From positions 78,444 to 142,443 of the forward strand of contig JADJJZ010000029.1 in the NCBI GenBank assembly GCA_016706255.1: a stretch of DNA of 64,000 bases, written 5' to 3'. How positions within the stretch are numbered: the first letter of the stretch is position 1; the number at the start of each line of letters is the position of its first letter. Position numbers and translations under genes: made by a program. Positions 28,300 to 39,100 of this stretch are shown here, one piece after another. Origin of the DNA: Bacteroidota bacterium. GTDB taxonomy: Bacteria; Bacteroidota; Bacteroidia; Chitinophagales; BACL12. The notes under the pieces are model-generated. The model was not told the DNA's origin and did no database searches. It saw only the letters and a program-made list of their open reading frames with translations.

Positions 28300-31200
28300 T
28301 TATTTCACTAAAACAATTGATTTAGTAGCCATCGCATCATTACCTATGATATTCAGTTGGTAAACACCTTCCGCAAAACCAGTCATATCAATTACATAAG
28401 TATTTGATAATGTGGTAGTTGGTTTGGTTGACCAAACTAACTGTCCGAGGTTATTAACTAATTCTAATTTGATTTCCTGTGCGGTTGCAAGGTCTATAGA
28501 AACATTTGCAAAATCAGCAGTAGGGTTAGGTTGAACAGTTACAGCATTTGCTAAACTGATATCACCAATTGCATCACCTACAGAAATTACAATACTATAG
28601 AAGTCAGTTCCGCAACCGTTTGTTACAGTTAATGTAACGGTATAAGAACCTTCTACTGCGTATGTGTGTGAAGGGTTAGCAGTGGTAGAAGTTCCGCCAT
28701 CGCCGAAGCTCCAGTTATAAGAAGCGCCGTCGGTAGAGGTATTAGTAAATGTTACTGTTAAACCTGTAGCTGTATAAGTAAATCCTGCAACTGGAGTGTA
28801 GTTAACTGTTACAGTAATTGCATCAGTTACAGAACATCCTGTAGTTGGATTAGTTACAGTTACAGAATATGTTCCTGTTTCAGTTACGGTGATTGTTTGA
28901 GTAGTTGCACCAGTGCTCCAGAGGTAAGTGCTACCTGTGTTACCTGCATCAAGTACTTTTTCATCACAAACTGTTATTGCAGAACCTAATTCCAATGAAG
29001 GTGTTTCATATGATTCTATTGTGAAACATAACATGTCATTTGTAGGATCAGAATCACCTGAGAAATCAGTCCAAACACATAATTCATAAGTGCCAGGAGT
29101 TGAGAAATCAAATGGAGCATCTACGAATGTAAATGTACCTGTTCCACCTGCATCGATAATAACCGCTGCAAAGTCAGAAACAATTGCACCACCATCTACC
29201 TGATATTTGATTGGGAAAGTGCTAACACCACTTGGACCGAAGTTTTCAACGGTAACAGTAATGTCTTCAACACCTAAACCGCAACCACCTTCTGGTGAAA
29301 TAAGGGCAGTTACGCCTAAGTCAACCGGAGCACAAAGTTTAATGTACTCATAGATGTTTTTAAGCAAGTTATTTGCTTCATCAAGCGGACCATGGAAGTA
29401 AGGAGGTGTCATACCACCAACTACTAATGAACCATCGCCCCAGCCTTTTTCAGCAAGCACATAACGAGTTGCATCATATGTATCAAGAATGATAGGACTA
29501 ATATCACCACCTTCTACACTAGCGTGGCCAAAGCTTGAACCAGTGAAATCGGTTGTAATTGGAGTCCAAGGACCTGCGAAAACAGGGTGACCTGCATCAG
29601 CAGCAGTTACGGCACTGGTATACCAGCTATAATTCAAGTGAATACCGCCAAAACCGAAGTCCATACCATCACCTTCGTTAGGTGCAGAATTCAGTAATAA
29701 ATTACCACCTGAAGCAACCCAGTTTTCAACCATTGAGCCATTTGCAGCCAGGAAGTTTTCAAGTTCATTTGCCTGAGCATCAGAACCTTCAAGATAAACG
29801 AAACAAGTGTTTTCGTCGAATACTTCTAATGGATCTAAAGTTTCAACATATTCTAAGAACCAGCCATCGTCGCCAAATACAGCGTCCATAGCATCAGAAT
29901 TTGAAGTAACATACCAAGGTTCAGAACCACCGTAAACATTAGAATAGATGTAATAAGCATCAGTTCCTGAAACAGGAGTGAGGTTAACTACATTAGTATT
30001 TAATGTATCGTTAGTTAAGTCTTCGTCAGTTGCTAATTCAGTCCATGCTTTGAAATCATAAATTCCATCAGCTGCAAAATCTTCAGTAGCTGCGAAAGTC
30101 ATAATTCCGGTTGCACCGCCATCAATAGTTCCGATATAAGGTTCTGTATGGATAGTACCGCCGTTTACCTGATAAGCTACATCAAAGCCACTTTGAGGTA
30201 ATACACCCAAGTTTTCAACTAATACACTAACTATTTCAGAACCTGTTAAGGTAACTGCAGATTCAGGCGTAATTAATTCAACAACACCTAAGTCATTATC
30301 AAACGGATCTTGAATTCTTACGTTATCGAAAGCGAAACCGTCGTTATAGTTCCAGTAGGTATCAGCTGCAAATACAAAACGTAATCTTACAGATGGTTCA
30401 CCTGCAAGGAAGCTTAAGTCGTAGTAAGCATGTTTCCAGCCACCACCTGTAGCCTGCCATCCGCGATAATCAGTTTCGTAGAATGTTGGATACATGCTAT
30501 AGCAAGTGTAGCTATCGTACCAGTTTTCACCTTCACCAACGTTACCGAGTTGAGTCCAGGTAGTACCGCCATCTACTGAGTATTGCATTTTGGCACCATC
30601 AGAATATAATTGAATATCATAATTCAAATCAAATTCTAAATAAGGGAATAATAAAGAAGAGAAATCCAAACAAGGTGATGTAACATACGATTTCTCATTA
30701 TTGTTATAATAACCTGTAAGGTTGGTAACCCAAGTGTTTTGACTTGTTGGAGTTGCCGGAGGTGCTGTATTGATAACAAATCCTGCAGGTGTTCCTAAAT
30801 CCCATGTAGAAGATGCACCGCCGGAAATCCAGCCTTCTGCACCAGCTTCAAAATCCTGATAATAAGGATAAGATGTGATAGTAGGAATGTTATTTACAAC
30901 CCAATCCATTGAGTCATTAGTAGTTATAGTATCTAATGCAAGTGAAGTCCATGCATATATTTCATACTCACCAACTGCAGCCATATCAACTGTAGTAGAG
31001 AAGGTATAAGTTACTGTAGCACCAACATCTAATGTGCCCGGAACAACTTCATTAATAATAGTACCACCGTTTACCTGATAGTGAACCGGAATATCAGATT
31101 GAGGTAAGAAACCGTAGTTTTTCACATCAATAGTAATATTTTCAGTACCACCTAAACCGCAAGAAGATTCTGGAGATGAGTGAGCGTTAACTCCAACATC

Positions 31201-32376
31201 ATAATCAGAAATCGTACAAGTAGCAAGATAAGAAATCAGGTTTTTACGGAAATTATCTGCATCAGGAGCAGGAGAGTGGAAGAAGGTAGTAGTCATACCA
31301 CCAAAAATTACTGTTCCGGCGCCCCATGATTTTTCGGCACAAACGATATTTGTAGGTCCGAATAAATCATGTAAAATTTCAGTCCATCCGGTTCCATCTA
31401 CTCTTGCATGGCCGTAAGAACCGCCGCTCATAGAGGTAGAAGTAGGAGTGAAAGGACCATCAAATACAGGGTGAAGTGGCACAGCAGCTTCAGCAGTTCC
31501 TGTAAAATAAGGGTAGAATAAATGTGTTCCGTCAAATCCGAAATCCATTCCATCACCTTCGTTAGGTGCAGCATTTAATAATAAATGTCCACCTGAAGCT
31601 ACCCAGTTTTCAATTGTTGTAATATTAGCTGATAAGAATGTTTCTAATTCAGCAGCATGTGAATCTGAACCTTCTAAGAAAACGAAACAAGTTCCTGTTC
31701 CAAATACAACGGCAGGATCCAGTGTTTCAAAATAATCTAAAGTCCATTCACCAACACCAAATACTGCATCCATATCGGCAGAGTTTGTTGTTGTATACCA
31801 AGGTTCACCACCTGTAGTATTACTATAGATATAGTAAGCACTAGTTCCTGTGATAGGAAGTAAATTACTTACTGTTTCGGTAATCATATCATTGGTAACA
31901 TCTTCATCAGTAGCGAGTGAAGTCCAAGCTTCAAAAATGTAATCGCCGTCAACACTTAAGTCTTCTGTTGAAGCAAAATAATGTATTGCAGTTCCACCCG
32001 GAGCAACTGTTCCAACAAAGGTTTCAGTTGTAGTTGGACCACCATCCATTTTATAAGAAACAGGGAAACCTGACTGAGGTTCTGTTCCGTAATTTTTGAT
32101 AACAACTGAAATTGGTTCAGCAGCACCTAAAGATGGACCATCGTTAGGTTCGTAAACTGATTCAACCCCAACATCGTTAGCATATAAGTCAGCAATTTTA
32201 AAGTTATCGAAAGCAAATCCGTCGTTAAAATTCCAATAGGTATCTGATGCAAATACGATACGGATTTTAACATTTGAAAGGCCACCTAAGAAAGAAAGAT
32301 CATGGTAAGCGTGTTTCCAACCTGAGTAATAACCGTTCCAACCTCTGTAATCAGATATATAATAAGTTGGATACAT
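28300..32376 (-). CDS. Giant T9SS cargo protein A, 3' fragment (CARDB / module X / MAM repeats, Ig-like, PKD, T9SS sorting domain)
   Basis: 1358-aa ORF. Its start, MYPTYYISDYRGWNGYYSGWKHAYHDLSFLGG, aligns with the internal ...CYSMYPTFYETDYRGWQATGGGWKHAYYDLSFLAG, so it continues ORF 32286-33803 in another frame. It ends with PKD (NWSFGDGGTS...YTVTLTVTNGCG) and a sorting domain (VQPNPTADF...GVYQLNI...IVLVK). Confidence 0.85.
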   Translation of the reverse strand: MYPTYYISDYRGWNGYYSGWKHAYHDLSFLGGLSNVKIRIVFASDTYWNFNDGFAFDNFKIADLYANDVGVESVYEPNDGPSLGAAEPISVVIKNYGTEPQSGFPVSYKMDGGPTTTETFVGTVAPGGTAIHYFASTEDLSVDGDYIFEAWTSLATDEDVTNDMITETVSNLLPITGTSAYYIYSNTTGGEPWYTTTNSADMDAVFGVGEWTLDYFETLDPAVVFGTGTCFVFLEGSDSHAAELETFLSANITTIENWVASGGHLLLNAAPNEGDGMDFGFDGTHLFYPYFTGTAEAAVPLHPVFDGPFTPTSTSMSGGSYGHARVDGTGWTEILHDLFGPTNIVCAEKSWGAGTVIFGGMTTTFFHSPAPDADNFRKNLISYLATCTISDYDVGVNAHSSPESSCGLGGTENITIDVKNYGFLPQSDIPVHYQVNGGTIINEVVPGTLDVGATVTYTFSTTVDMAAVGEYEIYAWTSLALDTITTNDSMDWVVNNIPTITSYPYYQDFEAGAEGWISGGASSTWDLGTPAGFVINTAPPATPTSQNTWVTNLTGYYNNNEKSYVTSPCLDFSSLLFPYLEFDLNYDIQLYSDGAKMQYSVDGGTTWTQLGNVGEGENWYDSYTCYSMYPTFYETDYRGWQATGGGWKHAYYDLSFLAGEPSVRLRFVFAADTYWNYNDGFAFDNVRIQDPFDNDLGVVELITPESAVTLTGSEIVSVLVENLGVLPQSGFDVAYQVNGGTIHTEPYIGTIDGGATGIMTFAATEDFAADGIYDFKAWTELATDEDLTNDTLNTNVVNLTPVSGTDAYYIYSNVYGGSEPWYVTSNSDAMDAVFGDDGWFLEYVETLDPLEVFDENTCFVYLEGSDAQANELENFLAANGSMVENWVASGGNLLLNSAPNEGDGMDFGFGGIHLNYSWYTSAVTAADAGHPVFAGPWTPITTDFTGSSFGHASVEGGDISPIILDTYDATRYVLAEKGWGDGSLVVGGMTPPYFHGPLDEANNLLKNIYEYIKLCAPVDLGVTALISPEGGCGLGVEDITVTVENFGPSGVSTFPIKYQVDGGAIVSDFAAVIIDAGGTGTFTFVDAPFDFSTPGTYELCVWTDFSGDSDPTNDMLCFTIESYETPSLELGSAITVCDEKVLDAGNTGSTYLWSTGATTQTITVTETGTYSVTVTNPTTGCSVTDAITVTVNYTPVAGFTYTATGLTVTFTNTSTDGASYNWSFGDGGTSTTANPSHTYAVEGSYTVTLTVTNGCGTDFYSIVISVGDAIGDISLANAVTVQPNPTADFANVSIDLATAQEIKLELVNNLGQLVWSTKPTTTLSNTYVIDMTGFAEGVYQLNIIGNDAMATKSIVLVK

Positions 32377-33803
32377 GCCGTATAGCTGTTAAACCAGTTT
32401 TCACCTTCACCAACGTTACCTAAATCGTTCCATGAAGCACCGCCGTCAGTTGAATACATAACTTTGGCACCATCAGAATATTCCTGAATATCCCAGTTTA
32501 CATCCATTTCAAGGTAAGGGAATACCAAAGAAGAGAAATCGAGACAAGGTGATTCAACATAAGATTTTTCACTATTATTATAATAACCGGTTAAGCTGGT
32601 TGTCCAGCTTTTTAAACTACCCGGAGTTGCCGGTGGAGCGCCAAAAATTGCGGCACCTGCAGGTTCACCAAGTTCCCAAGAACTTGAAGCACCACCTGCA
32701 ATCCAACCTGCTGCACCATCTTCAAATGCTTCAACATATGGATAAGTAACAATAGTCGGAACATTATTAACAATACTTGTCTGGCTATTATTCAGTGGAT
32801 CTTCATCAGTTGCTAAATCGCAATTGGCAACAATTGTATGTGCACCAATAGCAGTTAAATCGGCTGCAACAGCAAATGTTACTGAAACAGAGGCACCGGG
32901 AGCTACCGGACCTGCAATGATATCAGAAACGATTGCACCACCATCAAGCTGGTAACTAACAGGAATGTTAGATTCTTCGCTCAACCCATAGTTTTTGTAA
33001 GTAACAGTAACTGTTTCCAAACCTAAACCGCAAGCACTTGTCGGGTTATCAATTGACAAGGTTGCAAAATCGTGGTCAGGGATTTCGTAAAAAGCTAAAT
33101 AATAAATGATGTTTTGAAGTAAATTCGTTGCTTCCAAAATAGGAGAGTGGAAGTTAGCTGTGGTCATACCACCAAAACCAACTATACCATCCGTTCCATA
33201 ACGACCTTCAGAAAAAGCTACAGTTGTAGGTGAAAAGGAATCAGCAATTAAAGGTGTTATTTCAGCACCTGATACACTTGCGTGTGAAAATGATGAACCC
33301 GTCCAATTTAATCCAACTGGCGTGTAAGGCGTATTGAAAATAGGATGTGAAGCATCCTGAGCTGTAACATCGCCGGAACCGCCCCAATAGGTAAGATAAA
33401 CATCTCCAAAACCAAAACTCATACCATCACCTTCGTTAGGTGCGGCGTTGAGAAATAGTCTACCGCCCGAATTCACCCAATCTTCGATTGTGGTCATATT
33501 CGTCGTGAGAAAAAGTTCAAGTTCGTCGGCAAAACCATCCGAACCATCTAAATACACGAAATTTGTATTTGCAGAAAAGACCACTGCCGGATCACAGGTT
33601 TCGAAAAATTCCTGCGTCCATGATCCAAATCCAAATACAACATTCATAGCATCCGAGTTAGCCGTAGTATACCACGGTTCTGCTCCGCCATAGACATTTG
33701 AGTAAATGTAATAACTGTCGTCCTGAGCCGACAACTCCCGTGCTGACAAAAATGCCATAATTATCAATGCACGACTGAGGAGCTTAAGTAGGTGTTTCTT
33801 CAT
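32286..33803 (-). CDS. Giant T9SS cargo protein A, 5' fragment (signal peptide, module X, CARDB, MAM-like)
   Basis: 505-aa ORF with signal peptide MKKHLLKLLSRALIIMAFLSARELSAQ. The conserved sequence ends at ...GEGENWFNSYT and is followed by a nonsense tail, which indicates a frameshift near 32374-32390. Confidence 0.85.
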   Translation of the reverse strand: MKKHLLKLLSRALIIMAFLSARELSAQDDSYYIYSNVYGGAEPWYTTANSDAMNVVFGFGSWTQEFFETCDPAVVFSANTNFVYLDGSDGFADELELFLTTNMTTIEDWVNSGGRLFLNAAPNEGDGMSFGFGDVYLTYWGGSGDVTAQDASHPIFNTPYTPVGLNWTGSSFSHASVSGAEITPLIADSFSPTTVAFSEGRYGTDGIVGFGGMTTANFHSPILEATNLLQNIIYYLAFYEIPDHDFATLSIDNPTSACGLGLETVTVTYKNYGLSEESNIPVSYQLDGGAIVSDIIAGPVAPGASVSVTFAVAADLTAIGAHTIVANCDLATDEDPLNNSQTSIVNNVPTIVTYPYVEAFEDGAAGWIAGGASSSWELGEPAGAAIFGAPPATPGSLKSWTTSLTGYYNNSEKSYVESPCLDFSSLVFPYLEMDVNWDIQEYSDGAKVMYSTDGGASWNDLGNVGEGENWFNSYTACIQLIIYLITEVGTVITQVGNTLTMIFLS

Positions 33804-34021
33804 AAAAACTGTTTAGTGTTTAATGTATTCAACCAATTCTGTGTCGAAAATAAATAACCTGTGTCGGTTTTTCATATTAATTGTGTTAAAAAAGATACAA
33901 AATTTAAAAATTGTTAATACCGCTGAATGCAACCATATTGCTAATGCCCGAAATTATTGGGTTTCAGGGGAATTTATACGAAATAAAGCAGATGTGTACA
34001 AAGTGCATAACTTAAAAAAAA

Positions 34022-34044
34022 ATGAGGCTCATTTGGAGCCTCAT
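34022..34044 (-). terminator. Terminator downstream of giant gene B
   Basis: Stem-loop atgaggctc-atttg-gagcctcat, flanked by an A-run (34014-34021) and a T-run (34045-34051). It lies 30 nt past the minus-strand stop at 34074. Confidence 0.8.
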
Positions 34045-34073
34045 TTTTTTTAAGCGTAATATTTTGTATGCTT

Positions 34074-36161
34074 TTACTTAGTCACAATTATTTGTTTTGT
34101 GGCTTGCGCATTTTTACTGTTGATATTTAACTGGTAAACCCCTGCTGCAAATCCTGTCATATCAATTGAAATTGCTTTTGAAGCAATAACACCGGGTTGT
34201 GCAGACCATACGGTTTGTCCCAGCGTATTTACTAGTTCAAGGCTAATTTCAGTTGCTTCAGACATATTAAAGGTAACTACAGTAAAATCTGAAGTAGGAT
34301 TTGGGTAAACTGCCACAGCGTTATCTAAGGCAATATCTTCAACTCCTAATGTAACTTCAATTACCATGCTGTAAAAGTCTGATCCACAGCCATTTGTAAC
34401 AGTAACGGTTACTGTATAAGTTCCGGTTGTTGCATAAGTATGTGAAGGATCTTCAGATGTAGAAGTTCCGCCATCACCAAAACTCCAGTTATACGATGCA
34501 CCATCAGTAGAACCGTTAGTAAATGTTATGGTTAATCCGGATGCCGTATAAGTAAAGCTGGCTTCCGGTGTATAATTTACCGTTACGGTAACGGCATCAG
34601 TTACTGAACATCCGGTTGTAGGGTTTGTAACTGTTACGGTATATTCACCGGTTTCAGTAACGTTGATTGTTTGTGTTGTAGCACCTGTATTCCATAAATA
34701 GGTGCTGCCGATGTTGCCTGCATCAAGCGTGGTGATGTCACAAATCGTTTTGTTTGGACCTAATTCTAAACTTGGTGTGGCTAAAGAGGTTAATGTTAAA
34801 AATAACTCATCATTTGTTTCATCTTCATCACCACTAAAGTCAGTCCAAACAAGCAAATCATGATCACCCGGAGCCGATAAATCAGCAGTTGCATCGAATG
34901 TAAATATGTATGTTCCGCCGGTTGGGATTGGACCAGGAGCAATTTCAAAAATCGGTAATGCACCATCAAGTTGATATTTAACCGGTGTATTGGTAACTGT
35001 TGTAGGACCGAAGTTGGTAATTTCAATAGTTACTTCTTCGCCGGAAGTCATACCACATCCACCTTCCGGTGATATTAATGTTGTAACACCGATATCAACA
35101 GGCGAACATAATTTGATATAATCAATAATATTTTGACGCAGGTTTTGACCATCAGGTGATGGTGAATAATATTCAGGAACATTCATCGAGCCGAACATTA
35201 CGCGGCCTTCGCCCCATTCTTTTTCACCTAAAAGATAACAGTCATCACAAGATATATCACTGATTATCGGTGTAAAATCACCTATTACGCGAGCATATCC
35301 AACATAATAACCATAGAGGTCAGAAGTAACCGGAATAAATGGTCCGTTTAATACAGGGTGTAAAGGATCCACCGCTGCAGTTTCGTAAGTATAATAAGGA
35401 TAAGAAATTTCAACTCCGCCAAAACCTACTTCACCACCGCTGCCTTCCCAAGGAGAAGCATTAATGAACAGATTTCCTCCGGATGCTACCCATCCCTCAA
35501 TGATGTCTTTATTCGCATTAAAGAAGGTTGAGAATTCACTCCAGTGGCTTTCACTTCCTTCTAGGAAAATGAAACAATTATCTTCTCCAAAAACGTCAAA
35601 TAAATCAAGCGATTCGTAATAATCTAAAGTCCATGCATCAGCTCCAAATACGGCATCCATTGCAGTTGTGTTGGAATTCATATAACCCGGTTCGTAACCC
35701 ACAGTGCTACTATAAATATAATAAGCGCCTGTTCCTGACACTGGAGGGAAGTTGTAAATTGTCGCACAACCAAATATTGAATCATTAGTAATGTCTTCAT
35801 CTCCCGGAAGACTAGTCCATGAGCAAATATCGTGGAATCCGTCAGTACTTAAATCTGCAGTAGTAGCAAATGTAAATGGTGCCATAGTTCCTGCTGCAAG
35901 TGTGCCTGTAAATATCTCTGTTATTACAGGTCCACCATCAGCTTTATAACTAACGTTGAAACCCGACTGAGGTAATGTTCCGTAATTTCTAACATTAACT
36001 GTAATTGCTTCAGACGCTGTTAAATCTGGTCCTGAAACAGGGCTTAATAATTCATAAACGCCTAAATCGTTTGGAAAAGGATCCTGTAAGCGGAAATTGT
36101 CTAAACCAATTCCATCAAAATTGTAAATGCCATCCGCAACAAATTTGAATCTGAATTTCAC
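34074..36161 (-). CDS. Giant T9SS cargo protein B, 3' fragment (CARDB, module X, CARDB, Ig-like, PKD, T9SS sorting domain)
   Basis: 695-aa ORF. Its first codon is GTG. KFRFKFVADGIYNFDGIGLDNFRLQDPFPNDLGV aligns with the interior of the MAM-like domain (VRLRFVFAADTYWNYNDGFAFDNVRIQDPFDNDLGV). It ends VYPNPTSDF...GVYQLNI...IIVTK. Confidence 0.85.
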   Translation of the reverse strand: MKFRFKFVADGIYNFDGIGLDNFRLQDPFPNDLGVYELLSPVSGPDLTASEAITVNVRNYGTLPQSGFNVSYKADGGPVITEIFTGTLAAGTMAPFTFATTADLSTDGFHDICSWTSLPGDEDITNDSIFGCATIYNFPPVSGTGAYYIYSSTVGYEPGYMNSNTTAMDAVFGADAWTLDYYESLDLFDVFGEDNCFIFLEGSESHWSEFSTFFNANKDIIEGWVASGGNLFINASPWEGSGGEVGFGGVEISYPYYTYETAAVDPLHPVLNGPFIPVTSDLYGYYVGYARVIGDFTPIISDISCDDCYLLGEKEWGEGRVMFGSMNVPEYYSPSPDGQNLRQNIIDYIKLCSPVDIGVTTLISPEGGCGMTSGEEVTIEITNFGPTTVTNTPVKYQLDGALPIFEIAPGPIPTGGTYIFTFDATADLSAPGDHDLLVWTDFSGDEDETNDELFLTLTSLATPSLELGPNKTICDITTLDAGNIGSTYLWNTGATTQTINVTETGEYTVTVTNPTTGCSVTDAVTVTVNYTPEASFTYTASGLTITFTNGSTDGASYNWSFGDGGTSTSEDPSHTYATTGTYTVTVTVTNGCGSDFYSMVIEVTLGVEDIALDNAVAVYPNPTSDFTVVTFNMSEATEISLELVNTLGQTVWSAQPGVIASKAISIDMTGFAAGVYQLNINSKNAQATKQIIVTK

Positions 36162-39100
36162 ATAAGGTGCACCGCCAGGAAAGCAATATCATGATGTGAT
36201 GTAACCCAACCCAGGCCATTACCAACCCAACCGTTTTCGCCATCTAATGCTGCGGCATAATTGGTATACCAGTTTTCACCGGTTCCAATATCACCCAAAA
36301 CATTCCAGGTAACACCATCGGTAGTATATTCTAATTGCATACCATCCCAGGTATCTTCAGTAACCCACCAAAGGTCAACTTCTACATATGGTAACAATAA
36401 TGAACTTAAATCAAAACAAGGACTGGCAAGGTAACTCTCTTCATCGTCATTGTAATTAGCTGTAAGCGAAGTTGCCCATGAATTCTGGCTTTCAGGAGTT
36501 GCAACGGGTGGTGTATTAATCACCGGCCCGTCAAGGAATCCTAATTCCCAGGTTGAGCTTGTTCCACTTGCATACCATCCATTACCATCACCAGTTTCCC
36601 AATCTTCAAAATATGGGTAACTGCTAATATATGGCACATTTAAAATTGTGCGCAACGTTGTGTCATTTTCGTAAATAGTATCTGTAACCAGAGCAGTCCA
36701 TGCTGTAATATCATGGTCGCCTAATGCTGAAAGGTCAACTGTAGTTGTAAATGTATACAATAAATCCTCTCCCGGATTTAATGGACCGGCAATTATTTCT
36801 GTGACAATTACACCACCATCAGCCTGATATTTAACAGGGATATTGGTTTGAGACATAAAACCGAAGTTTTTCACTTTTACCGTAACGGTTTCAGCATCAC
36901 TCAGTGAACATCCGCTAACAGGTGCAGTGATTGATTGTACACCAACATCATTATCTGAAATAGTACAAGATGCGAGATAAGAAATTATGTTTTTGCGGAA
37001 ATTACCGGCTTCAGTAAATGGAGCATGGAAATCGGTAACTGTCATACCACCAAAAACTACCATTCCTGCGCCCCATGATTTTTCTGCGGCTATAATTTTA
37101 TCAGGATTAAATTCATCGTAAATAATTGGGGTCCAATCACTTCCGTTAACTGCTGCATGGCCATAATTAAAGCCATTCATCGAGGTTGATGTTGGTGTAA
37201 ACGGACCATCCCAAATTGGATGTAATGGGTCAAATGCAGTAACATCGCTTGCATACCAAGGGTAAGACAGGGTAGTTCCTCCAAATCCGAGATTCATACC
37301 GTCACCTTCGTTTGGTGCAGCATTAATAAACAAGTGACCACCTGCAGCTACCCAGTTTTCAACGAGTAGCATATTGGTATTAAGGAATGATTCCAGTTCT
37401 TCAGCATGAGCATCGGAACCTTCCATAAATATAAAACAATTATCAACGCTGAAAAGCGCTACCGGATCAACGGTTTCGTAATAATCTGTAGTCCATTCGC
37501 CTGCTCCAAATACATCATCCATGTGCGCATCGTTAGAAACGGTAAACCATGGTTCGCCACCGGGAACATTACTGTAAATATAGTTTGCGCCGGTGCCACT
37601 AATCGGCAACATATGTGTAATTGAAACACTTAGTGTATCATTGCTTTCATCTTCATCTGTAGCCAGATTTGTCCATGCCACCAGAGCATAGGTATCTAAT
37701 GCCAGTAAATCTACTGTTGGGCCAAATGTGTAATTGGCAGAAGCACCGGGAGCAAGCGTTGCAGCAAATGTTTCTGTAACCACCGTTCCACCATCAAATT
37801 GATACGATACCGGGAAACCGGATTGCGACAATGTGCCATAATTAGTAACCTCTACAGTAACATTTTCGCTTGCAGTAAGAAAAGGACCTGATTCAGGGTC
37901 TATTACGGCAGAAACCCCAATATCGTTAGGATATGGGTCACCAATCCACATATTATCGAATGCAAACCCATCATTAAAGTTCCAGTATGAGCTGGAAGCA
38001 AACACAAAACGGAATTTGACATCTGTTTCACCGGCTAAAAAGCTCAAATCATGGTAAGCATGTAGCCAACCGCCTGAGTTACCACTCCATCCGTAATAAT
38101 TATCAATATAAAACGTCGGATACATGGCATAACAGGCATCATGCTGATACCAGTTTTCACCTGTTCCGAGGCTTCCTAAATCGCTCCAAGAGTCACCGCC
38201 ATCAGTTGAATATTGAACTTTAGCGCCATCATCATATAATTGAATATCATAATTTAAATCAAATTCCATGAAAGGAAAACTAAGTGAGCTAAAGTCATAA
38301 CAAGGTGATTCAACCCATGATTTTTCATTTAAATTATAATAGTCATCCAATTCAGTAGTCCATGATTTTAAACTTCCCGGAGTTGCCGGAGGTGCGCCGA
38401 TAATAGCAAAACCTGCAGGGTCTCCCAATTCCCATGTACTTAAGGATCCACCTGCCATCCAGCCTGCTTCACCTTCTTCAAAATTTTGGTAATAAGGATA
38501 AGTAGTTATTGTTGGAATTGACGTAAAATCAATATCAGTTGCATCATTTAAAGGTTCTGTATCTACACCATATATGGTATAAGCATTTACATTGTAATCA
38601 CCGATGTTTGTAAAGTTAGCCGGAGCGGAAAAAGTATAACTTACCGTTGTTAAAGATGGAATTGCAGGTCCTGGATAAGTTTCTACAACTGCAGGCAATA
38701 AACCGGCTGTTGGATCTGTTACCTGATAGGCAATCTGAAACGAACCTGTTGGTTCTGTTCCAAAATTGGTGATATTAATGGTAACTGGTGTAACACCTAA
38801 TCCACAACCTGAAGAAATACCGGTAATAGTTGTTGCACCTATATCATAAGGTCCGGCAGCGGGAATATTTATTGTATAATCTTCGGCTTCTCCGTAATTG
38901 TATAATAAATCCGGACATGGAATTATCGCCTCAGTAGGGAAATAAACACACATTACACGCATTCTTGTTGAACCCGGAAATGCAGTAAAAGGTACTGTAA
39001 ATGAAATTGTACCGATTCCGCCTGCAGTCACAACAAGGTCGGTGGCATTTAATCGTTCATCATCAGAAAATGTTTCATCCTGATTCCAGTCAATCCAAGC

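Noticed and set aside
33823-34053. 76-aa plus-strand ORF between the two giant genes
   Set aside because: It lies in the AT-rich promoter/terminator spacer, includes the terminator hairpin at 34022-34044, and has a non-protein-like composition.
28303-34778. Diversity-generating retroelement (template/variable repeat) as the explanation for the near-identical 3' cassettes of the giant genes
   Set aside because: There is no reverse transcriptase gene in the window. The differences are not confined to adenine-templated positions, and the similarity extends over whole domains, as expected for paralogy or gene conversion.
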